Origin: Octopus sinensis
Taxonomy: Eukaryota
Assembly (NCBI RefSeq): GCF_006345805.1
Contig: NW_021831697.1
Span: 1-34,445 of the forward strand
Direction: 5' to 3'
DNA: 34,445 nt
Shown: one piece after another, positions 1-10,689 of the stretch
Position numbering within the stretch: the stretch's first letter is position 1
Layout of the letters: each line of letters starts with the position of its first letter
The notes under the pieces: model-generated
The model's input: only the letters and a program-made list of their open reading frames with translations
Database searches by the model: none
Told to the model about the DNA's origin: nothing
Translations under genes and position numbers: made by a program

Positions 1-37
1 TTATATAAAAAATATATATAATATATATATATATACT

Positions 38-345
38 TTATTTAAAGCAGCAGAAATTCACAAAACCTGTTACTCTGAGTCTAGCAAAAACTGTCCGACG
101 AACGGCAACGGGAAACTCGATCCTTATACATTCGAATCCTCTTCCAAGAAATCTAATGCTCGTAGATTATTTTTTCCTTGGGGCTGGCCGGATCGGAGCG
201 ATCTCAAGATTAATCTGCCGAAATTGCTACGATGATCCGGTTCTTGACTGAAGATTGAAGGCTTCGAATGTCCCGTCCGTGTTTTTTTGTATCGTCCTCT
301 AAATGTTTTACGTTCTTGTCCCAGTTTTATTTTTCTACATAAAAA
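38..345. mobile_element. Probable Penelope-like terminal-repeat fragment between (TA)n tracts
   Basis: Non-coding, bounded by (TA)n. Contains hammerhead-like CCGACGA...GAAAC (95-116). Its T-rich end resembles the other PLE termini in this window. Confidence 0.35.
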
Positions 346-358
346 TATATATATATAT

Positions 359-399
<41 letters not shown>

Positions 400-615
400 G
401 TGTGTGTGTGGTGTGTGTCTAAGATCCAGTTAACTGTCAACTGAAATAGCAGCAGTATGTTGGAAATGTTGGCTCCTGGTTTAAAAAAGTTTTTAAACTA
501 TGTTACATTTATTAGATAAGTCCTAGAAACCGATTTTCTTGCAAACGATATAATGTACTCATTAATCAATTAAAGGCGTCTTTAGAAATTACCATAATAG
601 ATTGTCACGTGTGTA

Positions 616-627
<12 letters not shown>

Positions 628-666
<39 letters not shown>
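628..666. repeat. (GA)n microsatellite
   Basis: Direct reading. Confidence 0.95.
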
Positions 667-667
<1 letters not shown>

Positions 668-799
668 TGTGTGTTTACGAAAAGGTTAAACGAAAGCACT
701 CATACATTAGATGAATAAAAAACCTCTTCCCCAAAATGGTAACATTCTGATAAAAGATTTCGTAACATTTTTTGAAAAATACTTTTTTTAATCATCTTT

Positions 800-910
800 A
801 CACTTCAAAACTGTATTAAGTAATTCTCATAGACTTTCAAATATATATATATATATACACTTCAAAACTGTATTAAGTAATTCTCATATACTTTCAAATA
901 TATATATATA
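800..910 (+). repeat. Local tandem duplication (~57 bp x2)
   Basis: ACACTTCAAAACTGTATTAAGTAATTCTCATA(G/T)ACTTTCAAA(TA)n occurs at 800 and 857. Confidence 0.9.
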
Positions 911-1194
911 GTGGCGGACTGGCCAGGTTACCAGCTTGCCCGATGGCAAGTGGGCACCAGCACCATTAGAATCCATATATGTGATCCCATGTTAGTATCT
1001 AAGGGACCCATCACCTCAAGTTTGAGAATTTTTTTATTCACTCCTGGAAGGATACATTAATTATTTCAGCCTGGCTGTGTTTGTAGACAGTTGAAAATAA
1101 TACTTTTAACAAAAAAAGAAAAAAATTAAATGATAGCATTGTAATTGCGGGTGGGCCCTCTTGGTCTCCTATTTTTAGGCCCAGTCCGCCACTG
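909..1194. mobile_element. MITE with ~17 bp TIRs, hAT-like, in a (TA)n site
   Basis: Left end TAGTGGCGGACTGGCC; right end GGCCCAGTCCGCCACTG (reverse complement CAGTGGCGGACTGGGCC). Flanked by TATATATA on both sides. No coding capacity. Confidence 0.75.
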
Positions 1195-1265
1195 TATATA
1201 TATAGGGATTTCGAGGGACCGGACGATGATAGTTTAGTTCTTAATTATTCTTTTAATCTATTATC

Positions 1266-1423
1266 TATTTCAGTCATTTGACTGTGGCCATGCTAGAGCA
1301 CCGCCTTTAGTCGAACAAATCGACCCCAGAACTTATTCTTTGTAAGCCTAGTACTTATTCTATCTGTCTCTTTTGCCAAACCGCTAAGTTCAGGGGACTT
1401 AAACACACCACCACACACACACA
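1266..1423 (-). mobile_element. SINE family 1, 3' portion
   Basis: Reverse complement matches the 3' half of 1849-2292 (GGCGGTGCTC(C/T)AGCATGGCC(G/A)CAGTCAAATGACTGAAA). Confidence 0.85.
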
Positions 1424-1848
1424 TTTGCTCAGAATTGCTTTCAATCAATAATTTTGGTGTATCGATGCCACTCTGAATTTTGATTACAATCAACTTTATC
1501 GCGTAAATTAAAGAATCTGATGACATTTGGAATTAAAGTTGGGAAATTTGGGTAATTTTTACCAATCAACAGACAGCGTTTCATTAGAAGCGTGTTACCA
1601 TAACAACCACATGCTGTGCTGCCATTCGCTGTTGTCTATATTGATTTTTCACATTTGATTCTTCACATCACGAAATTCTTTTCACCCACGTGTTTTTTAT
1701 ATTTTTCTGTGTGTTAGAATATTACATATTTTTCTGTGCTTTTTCTGTGTTAGTATTTTTACATATTTTATATATTATATATTTTTTGGGGCTGATTTCA
1801 CTAGGTTAATTCTGTTCATAAAAATTTTAATTAGGAGTATTTCTTAAA

Positions 1849-2011
1849 TAGGCGCAGGAGTGGGTGTGTGGTAAGTAGCTTGCTAACCAACCACATGGTT
1901 CCGGGTTCAGTCCCACTGCGTGGCATCTTGGGCAAGTGTCTTCTGCTATAGCCCCGGGCCGACCATTGCCTTGTGAGTGGATTTGGTAGACGGAAACTGA
2001 AAGAGCCTGTC

Positions 2012-2071
<60 letters not shown>

Positions 2072-2292
2072 TTGTGTGGTGTGTTTGTGTGTCTGTGTTT
2101 GTCCCCCTAGCATTGCCTGACAACCGATGCTGGTGTGTTTACGTCTCCGTTACTTAGCGGTTCGGCAAAAGAGACCGATAGAATAAGTACTGGGCTTACA
2201 AAGAATAAGTCCTGGGGTCGATTTGCTCGACTAAAGGCGGTGCTCCAGCATGGCCGCAGTCAAATGACTGAAACAAGTAAAAGAGTAAAGAG
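1849..2292 (+). mobile_element. Full-length tRNA-derived SINE (family 1) with internal (TA)n(TG)n
   Basis: A-box-like TGGGTGTGTGGT, B-box-like GGTTCAGTCCC, AAGAGT-type tail. Near-identical copy at 18111-18619. Flanked by a ~72 bp direct duplication. Confidence 0.9.
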
Positions 2293-2639
2293 TATATATT
2301 TTTGGGGCTGATTTCACTAGGTTAATTCTGTTTATAAAAATATTAATTAGGAGTATTTCTTAAACCGTTAGCTTCACGTTTCAACAGCTTAACTGAAATT
2401 AAGCCCACATAACGGAAACTGAGAGGGATATCGTGCAACAGAGAAACTGTGGGTGATACAGATAATTAGACATTATTTTGGAATTCTGCATGCAAAAACA
2501 TATGAGATACAGGTATTCTTTTCCTTGGGACAAATTCTTTGTTGGCTCATGTCATTCTTATCGTAGTTTGCAAATCCAAGCATGAATATGTTACTCACCT
2601 TCGGAGTTTTGGAGACAGACGCGCCCTTTTCACACGGGT

Positions 2640-2652
2640 GCGCGCACACACA

Positions 2653-2703
<51 letters not shown>

Positions 2704-2712
2704 GCGCGCACA
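2640..2712. repeat. (CA)n microsatellite
   Basis: Direct reading. Explains the HT/VC-rich ORFs. Confidence 0.95.
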
Positions 2713-3224
2713 CATAAATGTACATATAAACTTATATATAAGTACATACATCCACATGCACTAATATATTACTGATGTACACAAATACATGACAGGTTTA
2801 CATAATACTGAAATACGCAGACATATATATTAATATAACAAATTTTTAAAATAATGAAACCATAAGTCAATGAAGAGACAAAAGCAACAGTAAGATGATC
2901 CATGTTAATTTTATTAGGTATTTCTGTTTGTTTAGAAACCTACACTGAACAGGTCGGATGCTAAACTCTAAATTCCACAGGATACAACCTTAAAGTTTAC
3001 ACCATTCCGTTAAACGCAAAAAATTTCTGTCTCGCTAGTGACTAAAAATATACAGTTTTTTTCGATTTTTAAACCTTTATAACATTTTTCCCCATATTTT
3101 TTTCTTCACAACATCATACCTTCAAAGCAATGAGACTGGAAGGCTACATTATTATACCCGATTTTCAGACATTTTATTTCCTTTTAAAAATGCATACTTT
3201 TCGAATGTAAAAAAACTAGATCCT

Positions 3225-3308
3225 ATATATATATATTATATATATATATATATAGAGTAGAGAGAGGAGAGAGAGAGAGAGAGAGAGAGAGGATAGAGAG
3301 ATAGATAG

Positions 3309-3374
<66 letters not shown>

Positions 3375-3402
3375 ATATGATAGTAGATTAGATAGATAGA
3401 TA
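3225..3402. repeat. Compound (TA)n/(GA)n/(GATA)n microsatellite
   Basis: Direct reading. Confidence 0.95.
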
Positions 3403-3727
3403 GTTCAGATGGGGCGCACCAGAATTTAGAACAGTATTATCCATACAATTTCAAACTAAAGTGATTAAAATCAAAATAAGGATATCCAGAGGTAATGCAG
3501 TACGATCGTTTCAAGCAACTCCATTTAATTGAACAATACAACCATTGCATCAATTTAAATGCAGAGCAATCCTCATCTGCATAAAGGCATAGAATTTAAT
3601 TAAATTAGAACAGATGGACACTAATATAATTTTACCTAAAATCTCCAAGAAGGTAAGGAGATAGACAAAGAACATGCTGCTTTCACTTCAGCTTAAAAGC
3701 TATTTTGATACATACATACATACATTA

Positions 3728-3897
3728 TATATACGACGGGCTTCTTCCAGATTTCGTCTACCAAATCCATTCACAAGGCTTTGGTCGGCCCGAGGTTCTA
3801 GCAGAAGACACTTGCCCAAGGTGCCACGCAGTGGGACTGAACCCGGAAGCATGTGGCTGGTAAGCAAACTACTTACCATACAGCCGCGCCTGCGCCT
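3728..3897 (-). mobile_element. SINE family 1, 5' half
   Basis: Reverse complement of the head of 1849-2292, ending at the internal microsatellite position. Confidence 0.85.
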
Positions 3898-4002
3898 AAG
3901 GTAATTTTAAATTGTCTTTATTGTAACTGAGCAGAAAAACATACATACATACAATCATACATACACACATACATGCATACATACATACATACATACATAC
4001 AT

Positions 4003-4041
<39 letters not shown>

Positions 4042-4044
4042 CAC

Positions 4045-4076
<32 letters not shown>

Positions 4077-4304
4077 GGCGAGCTGGCAGAAACGTTAGCA
4101 CGCCGGGCGAAATGCTTAGTGGTATTTCGTCTGCCGTTACGTTCCGAGTTCAAATTCCGCCGAGGTCGACTTTGCCTTTCATCCTTCCGGGGTCGATAAA
4201 TTAAGTACCAGTTACGCACTGGGGTCAATATAATCGACTTAATCCGTTTGTCTGTCCTTGTTTGTCTCCTCTGTGTTTAACCCTTCGTGGATAGTAAAGA
4301 AATA
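4077..4304 (+). mobile_element. tRNA-derived SINE family 3, monomer (tail type A, ...AAAGAAATA)
   Basis: A box TGGCAGAAACGTT, B box GAGTTCAAATTCC, core GCCTTTCATCCTTCCGGGGTCGATAAA. From recall, the core resembles the Meta/Sauria-SINE-type central domain. Confidence 0.9.
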
Positions 4305-4737
4305 TATATATGCATACATACATCCGGGATGTGCCGCCTAGGTAAGCAAGGTAGGCAGTGCCTACCCTGAATAAAATAGATCGATAGTAATATTTTCCTT
4401 TTATGGCAAAATATGCACCTAATTTAATAAAATTATGATAGGTTTCTCTGATTACTATGCATAAAATACATAGTATTTTTTTTGGTCGATTACGTAGGCA
4501 TAATTTGCCCCTGCTTTTCAATCTTAGTATTAAAGCTATGCATAGAACTGCTGTAGCACACGTAGTGCGTAACATTCCTACAACAACGTTTTCTTTACGC
4601 GCTATGAAGGCAGAAGTAAATCTGCTTACAACTCAGTCGTGCGCTTGTGTTTCGTTTATTTTTTTCTGTGTTTTACTATATAAACGTCACCAACTGACTA
4701 CCCTGAGTAGCGCTGACGGCACGTGTGTGATTATATA

Positions 4738-4777
<40 letters not shown>

Positions 4778-4780
<3 letters not shown>

Positions 4781-5272
4781 ATAAATAAAATAAAATATGC
4801 ATACATACATACATATATGTACGTACCTACATCTACATGTATATATACATGCATATTTTATTTTGTATTTTATTTTGTAATTTTATTTGTATCGTTTTTA
4901 CGTCCTGTTTGTTACATTTTTTTCTTTCTTTGTTTTTACCCCTCTGCGAAGTAATTTTATTTAATTCTTTCGCAGGAAGGGCTAGTTCGACGAGTCGTGT
5001 TTTGTCCTCACCTTCGAAACACGCTGGAGTTGAACTAGGGACAGCTGACGAAGGGGATTTTTCCTTGTGTAGTTTGTCTTGTACTCTATTTTTTTTGTAA
5101 AATAATGTCTGTTCCATGCTTGTTTTTACGTTTTCGTTTCTCGTTGAGTCATACGTCTATTTGTGGTGTCCTGTACTCACGTATATATATATTTATATAT
5201 GCATGTATATATACACGTAGATGTAGGTACGTACATATATGTATGTATGTATGCATATATTTTATCTATTAC
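4778..5272. mobile_element. Non-coding segment bounded by ~80 bp inverted repeats
   Basis: 4795-4856 is the reverse complement of ~5197-5258 with one mismatch, with looser matching out to 4778/5272. No clear TSD. Confidence 0.6.
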
Positions 5273-5342
5273 ACTATTGTATGACTGAGCGCCCTCGCGT
5301 CGATTCGATTCGTTTCGTTTCGTTTCTTCTTCTCCAAGTATT

Positions 5343-5384
<42 letters not shown>

Positions 5385-5396
5385 ATTTATTTCTTT

Positions 5397-7305
5397 ATAA
5401 GTTTCAGCCCAAAGCCTTTTGTTACACTGTTATTATTGAAAGCCTCCTCTGATATGTGGCATTTGGTGAATAAGGGATTTTGATGTTGCTGCCCTCATTT
5501 GCGCATCTTGCCGCAAGGTAGGTTCATCTGGGAATATCGACAGGAAGAGATGCAGTTTTGATTTGAAAAACCTACATCCACTTTGTGTAAGTCCCTCAGG
5601 CTCTTTGGGAGAATATTAAAAAGCTGTGGGCCCCTGAAACCATGGCTGCTGCAGTAACTGGTCCTGAAGCAGTACGGCCTCGCTGGAATCTTCTGGCATT
5701 TGTGTAGTTTCCGATGCCAAAATTTGGCACAATTCCTTCCAGGATCTTCTAGATGTATATTACTGCATAGCTCTCCCACCTTCGCTCCAGGGAGTAGAGT
5801 CTTAGCTGCTTCAGCCTTTCCCAGGAGCTGAGCTGTTGCAATGAGACGATCTTCTTTGTGAAGCTTCGCTGGATTGCTTTAAGGTCTGCTGTTAATTTTA
5901 CACTGTGGAGAGCAGTAGTACAGGCGGCTGAGGACGAAAGTCCTCCAAAGGATCATCATAGTTTCCTTATCTCTGGTTCTGAACATTCCCAGTTTGTGGC
6001 ATATCATACTATGATCCACTTTATCAAAAGCTTTTGCAAAGTCAAGGTATGTTACGTCTACATTTGAGTTGTTGAGTAACTGCCTCAACACCCAGTCATA
6101 GTGCTGTAGGAGCTGGGTGGAGCAGCTCCTACTTGGTCGAAAGCTATGCAGGGTATCACTCAGCAAGTCGTTTGCTTCAAGGAATGCGATCAGTTTCCCT
6201 CTGACTATTCGTTCCATGACTTTGCTGATGTGTGAAGTCAGAGAGATAGGCCTATAGCTTTTGGCATCTGCCATTTGCAAGAAAACTCTGGAAGAGAATC
6301 TGTAGTGGTTTCGCCAGGGCACGCTTACACGATTTGAAGAGGATTGCTGGGAAACCATCAAGACCAGCAGTTGTGTTTGCGTCCATCTCATCTATGGCTA
6401 GTATTATAGCTTCTTCACCAATGTCAATCCATCGTAACTGCCTCGCCGGTTATAGGTGAGGCAGCAAAGAAATCCACTGATTCGTTCGCTTGTCCGCGTT
6501 CCAACGGGGTGGCAAAGACACTTTTGAACTGGTCATTCAGTAACTCCCTGATCCTGCATGGGTTATCTGTGAGGGAGCCATCCTTTTAGAAGAGGGGTCC
6601 TGTTTTGCTGCGGACTGAGGCTGTTTCTTTCGCATAATGAAAGAAGGCGTTTAAGTTTCACTTGATATTTTTTATGGCCTAGGTTTCTTTGTCTGCTTTC
6701 TCCTTCACATAGGATTGTTGCAGGCTTTTCTCAATCTCCATCAGTGTTGTTTTTAGGCAGGATCTTTCGCTACTTTGGGGATGTTGTTTGAAGCGATTTG
6801 CAGCCTTCGTCCGTCGTCTCATGAGGATCTTCTTCTCCCTTGGAATCTTGTTCCTTTTTGTGTTGGCTTTGTGCTCTGGACTTTTTCTCTGGCATATGGT
6901 TTGCATAACAGACATGAAATATTCTAGTTTCATGCCAATGTGTGGAGAGACATTTCGGCCAGTCCTGTCTGAAGATCTCTTTTTGTATCGATTCCCAGTC
7001 TGCTTTGTGGAAGTTCAGATCGGAGAGATTTTGAGTGTATGTCTCTGGCTTCTTTTGGTCCATTCATAGACAGCTCTATTATATTGTGATCCGAAACTAA
7101 TGTCGGTGTCACTTTCACATTGTGAACGATGTCCATACTGTTTGGGAAGCAGAGATCCGATATGTTATTCGCCCTAGTTGGTCTGAGCACAACTGCTCTA
7201 TTAGTAGGGCATTGGTGAGGTTTAGCAGGGACTCCACCTGTACTTGTTTGCAATGAGTCGTTGCTGAGAGCATGAGGCCTTCTTTTATTCTTCTTTTTCA
7301 ATCAC
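5397..7305 (-). mobile_element. CR1-clade-like LINE, 5'-truncated and internally deleted (pseudogene)
   Basis: APE C-terminus ...LVSDHNIIEL. RT motifs YRPISLTSHISKVMERIV and VDVTYLDFAKAFDKVDH jump directly to thumb GMFRTRDKETMMILWRTFVLSRL. C-terminal GFRGPQLFNILPKSLR plus 3' UTR. Confidence 0.9.
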
Positions 7306-7312
7306 TGGACTT

Positions 7313-7480
7313 CGGATCTGCCGGGGCACCACAGTGAAGGATTTAGTCGAAAAATTCGACTCCAGTACTTTTGTTTTTAAAGCCTAGTACTTATCCTATT
7401 GGTCTCCTTTCCAAATCACTAAGTTGCAGGGTAAAGAAATCAACATCGGTTGGTCGGAACAAATACAAACAAAGAAACAC
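7313..7480 (-). mobile_element. Diverged SINE family 1, 3' half
   Basis: TTTAGTCGAAAAATTCGACTCCAGTACTT...AGCCTAGTACTTAT resembles 1266-1423. Confidence 0.6.
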
Positions 7481-7596
7481 ATATAAACACTGACATGACA
7501 GAAGTAAATAGACGCCCCATAAAACATCATTTTATGTTTATTTTTATTTGAATAGCTTTATATTTTTTATTAATTGACATTTTTCGACTGGTTCTA

Positions 7597-8122
7597 CATC
7601 ATCATCATCATCATCATCGTTTAACGTCCGTTTTCCGCGCTAGCACGGGTTGGACGGTTCGACCGGGGTCTGGGAAGCCAGGGGCTGCACCAGGCTCCAG
7701 TCTGATCTGGCAGTGTTTCTACAGCTGGATGCCCTTCCTAACGCCAACCACTCCGCGAGTGTAGTGGGTGCTTTTTACGTGCCACCTGCACAAGTGCCAG
7801 GGGGGTCCGGCATCGGCCACGATAGGTTGGAGCTTTTAACGTGCCACCGGCACGGAAGCCAGCCAAGGCGGCGCTGGCATCGGCCACGTTCGGATGGTGC
7901 TTTTTATGTGCTACCGGCTCAGAAGCCAGTCGAGGCGGCGCTGGCAACGGCCACGTTCGGATGGTGCTTTTTATGTGCCACCGGCACAGGTATCACAACT
8001 ACTATTTCCATTGATATTTATTTCGATGTTCATGTTCATGTACTTGACTCAACAGGTCTCCTCAAGCACAGCGGGACATTCTGGAATCCAGGGTACTTTG
8101 AATGGGCAGGGGCTATGCGGAA
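7597..8122 (-). mobile_element. Non-autonomous retroelement with (GAT)n tail (RTE-type 3' end) and internal ~61-67 bp subrepeats
   Basis: In element sense: AGGAAGGGCATCCAGCTGTAGAAAC...GGAAAACGGACGTTAAAC(GAT)n. A second copy lies at 31970-32298. Confidence 0.8.
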
Positions 8123-8139
8123 CTGGTGACTGTTTAATT

Positions 8140-9072
8140 ATGCCATGTATAAAAGAAGCCTTGGAGCTGTCCGAATTTCAAAGAGGCCATATTGCGGATC
8201 AATCTGAAGGTGGAAGTAGCATAAAATCGTCGAAAATCTTGGGATCCCAACTTCTACAGTTAATCGAGTGATTGTGCTATTCACTAGATAGGGGAAGGCA
8301 TCCACATCACCTCACCAAGCCAATCAGTGCCCTCTGACGAGATCCTTCGCTTTCTTAAGAGAAGTGTAGAGGATAATCCTCGTTGCATGGCCCCTGACAT
8401 AGCAGAACACTTCTTCGACCGGCCAATATCAAATGGAGGTAAGATTGGGCCGGTGAGACGGTGGAGAAACCACAAGCCTTCTAGGACATTGTCATATTCT
8501 CTGATGAGTGAGATTTGCTGTATTTTCTGACATTAGTCGAGTGTGGGTTTGAAGACTCTGTGATCAAGAATTTGATGTGAAAAGATTGCAGCCAAAATTG
8601 AAATACGGTGGTTATTCTGCGATGGTCTGGGGAGCAATTTGGAACAATGGTCAATCAGAGCGGGTAGAGTGTGAAGTAAGCATAAACTCAGATAAATGTG
8701 TGTGCATATTGCAGAAAGGGCTCCTTCCAATTTTTTCCAGTGGTGAAATGATTAAAGAAGATTCTTTATGGAAAACGGGGTTTCTTGTCACACAGCTAAA
8801 AATACCCAAGACTGGTTGTTAGAGAATGGTATCAAAAAGCTTCTATGGCCAAGCCAGTCGCCGGATACGAACACCATTGAACACGTCTAGGGCATAATGG
8901 ACAGGACACTTAGTAAAAAGAATAAGAAAGCATCCTCAAAGCCAGATCTTTTGAGATTACTGCATGAAATTTGACAAGAAATTCCTGAAGAGAATATTCG
9001 TCATCCGATCAGTTGTATGCCAAACGGGGTCCTTGCGTTGAAAAATGCAAAGGGCATGGCTACTAGACATAG
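8140..9072 (+). pseudogene. Tc1-like DDE transposase, disrupted
   Basis: N-terminal ELSEFQRGHI; F*DIVIFSDE (first D); KYGGYSAMVWGAI; MENGVSCHTA (second D changed to N); WPSQSPDTNTIEHV*. Stops and frameshifts present. Confidence 0.9.
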
Positions 9073-9088
9073 ATATTCACATTATAAT

Positions 9089-9318
9089 CCTTTCTGGTAA
9101 AAGCACAAGGCCCGAGATTCTGGAGGAGTGAACTAGTCGATTACATCGACCTCAGAATTTCACTGGTACTTAATTTATCGACCCCAAAAGGATGAAAGGC
9201 GAAGTCGACCTCGGCGGAATTTGAACTCAGAACGTAGCGACGGGCGAAATACCGCTCAGAATTTCGCCCAGTGTGCCGGCTCACCACCTTGATATTCACT
9301 CTGCCAACTCACCGCCTT
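9089..9318 (-). mobile_element. SINE family 3 (tail type B), diverged, with 17 bp TSD
   Basis: TSD GATATT(C/T)ACATTATAAT at 9072-9088 and 9319-9335. Contains the GTCGACCTCGGCGGAATTTGAACTCAG core. Confidence 0.85.
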
Positions 9319-9432
9319 GATATTTACATTATAATGATTAATAAATAAGTTGATTGCATAATTTCAAATTTAAATAAATTTTTACGATTATAAGGCTATT
9401 TACTCCTGTCATGTGTGTGTGTGTGTGTGTGT

Positions 9433-9680
9433 AACGGGAAAGTTTACGAAAATAAACAAAAGACGATGGCAGGTGGAGTACAAACAAACAAATGTATTAG
9501 TATGGCGCTCAGGAATAGAAATAAAACAAGTCTTTTACGTTTCGAGCCTACGCTCTTCAACAGAAAGATACACAGAAAAGAAACAAGGAGAGAAAAAAAT
9601 ACGTGTAGGAGCTAACGGTCCATTATGGCGTTCTGACTTCAGGCAGAAGTCAGAGGTCAGACGTTAGACGCTAGAGGGAT
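9433..9680 (-). mobile_element. Penelope-like terminal repeat (pLTR) fragment
   Basis: Homologous to the termini at 10500-10662 and 32851-33010. Carries a hammerhead-like motif. Confidence 0.75.
9531..9568 (-). ncRNA. Minimal type I hammerhead ribozyme-like motif
   Basis: TCTTT-CTGTTGA-A-GAGC/GTAG/GCTC-GAA-ACGT-A-AAAGA: 5 bp stem I, 4 bp stem II, palindromic ACGT in the stem III position. Confidence 0.6.
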
Positions 9681-9768
9681 ATATATATATATACACACAT
9701 CTGTGTGTGTGTTTGTATGCGTGTATATGTGTGTGTGTGTGTGTATGTGTGTGTGTGTGTAGGCAATT

Positions 9769-10662
9769 ATGAGGATAAACAAATTAGGCACATCAAATAC
9801 ATTAAATACACCAAATACAATATATGTGTTCGGATTGTCTTTGCCCAGAGGCCATCTGGACTGCCGCCTTCGCCGTGAACAAGATTTAATCTTCTCTCTT
9901 CTCTCCTTTGCATACATGGGCTCGACCCCCCTCGTTTCTTCGTCTGATACCTACTTCCTCTCCTTTCTTCATCTGACACCTACCTCCTCTCTTCATCTGA
10001 CACCTACCTCCTCCTTTCATTGATACTACCTCCATCCACACCCAAACACCCACATACCCACATCTATCTACCTCCACATCTCCACGTCCCACCCAAATCC
10101 CCACACCAACACCCAAGTCCAAACCCCTAATCCCACGTCTTCCTATCCCCACGCCATATCATACACCACCACACCACATCACACCACCCCACACTACTCC
10201 ACACACACTAGCACTGACCCCTTCCCAGCACCCACACCACACACCATCATCTGCGCACCATCATCCGCACACCCAAGTACCATCAGCCACACACCCACAC
10301 ATTACAGACGCACATAACCACACACGTTAAAGTCACTAGCCCCTATTCGCTCACACATATTTACACATTCACACATAAGAATGCGCATCTTCATTTTGGG
10401 ATCACCAATACTTTATTATCTCCCCTTCATTCTATCCCTCCTGTTAAACCTTTTTATTTTTCCCAACCAGTCGCCATGCTTGACCGCTAAATCCACAATT
10501 TTTTTTTATTCACTCTCTGTTTAATTTCTTTTATTCCTTTCTGTTGAAGAGCGTAGGCTCGAAACGTAAAAGACTTTCTCACTTTACCGAGTATGAAACT
10601 AATACACCTGTTTGTTGTTCCAACACCCGTCTTCGTCTTTTGTTTTTCTGTAAATTTCAACA
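9769..10662 (+). mobile_element. Penelope-like element 3' part (GIY-YIG C-terminal remnant, C-rich 3' region, terminal repeat)
   Basis: YVFGLSLPRGHLDCRLRREQDLIFSL aligns by eye to SVFGLSLHRDHPDSSLRLEKGLIFSF of the 32851-34285 copy. Both share TTTTGGGATCACCA.TACTTTATTATCTCCCC. Confidence 0.8.
10537..10572 (+). ncRNA. Minimal type I hammerhead ribozyme-like motif
   Basis: CTTT-CTGTTGA-A-GAGC/GTAG/GCTC-GAA-ACGT-A-AAAG. Confidence 0.6.
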
Positions 10663-10689
10663 ATATATATATATGTGTGCGTGTGTATA

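Larger units (their letters stand above)
7488..9417 (+). mobile_element. Tc1-family DNA transposon with two nested retroelement insertions
   Basis: TIR core ACATGACAGAAGTAAATAG (7493-7511) matches the reverse complement of 9396-9414 at 18/19 positions and encloses a transposase remnant. Confidence 0.8.

Noticed and set aside
91-285. Two hammerhead-like cores (CCGACGA..GAAAC at 95-116; CTGAAGA..GAAT at 248-269)
   Set aside because: No convincing stem I, and stem II is mismatched or the GAAA is altered.
2590-2640. Strong minus-strand splice donor AG|GTGAGT at 2599/2598
   Set aside because: No credible acceptor or recognisable peptide upstream. Such hexamers are expected by chance in 34 kb.
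4325-4720. Possible hAT-like left end (CCGGGATGTGCCGCCTAGG...TAGGCAGTGCCTA)
   Set aside because: No matching right TIR or TSD found.
4980-5065. Possible permuted hammerhead (GAAAC upstream of CTGACGA)
   Set aside because: I could not build consistent stems I-III around a cleavage triplet.
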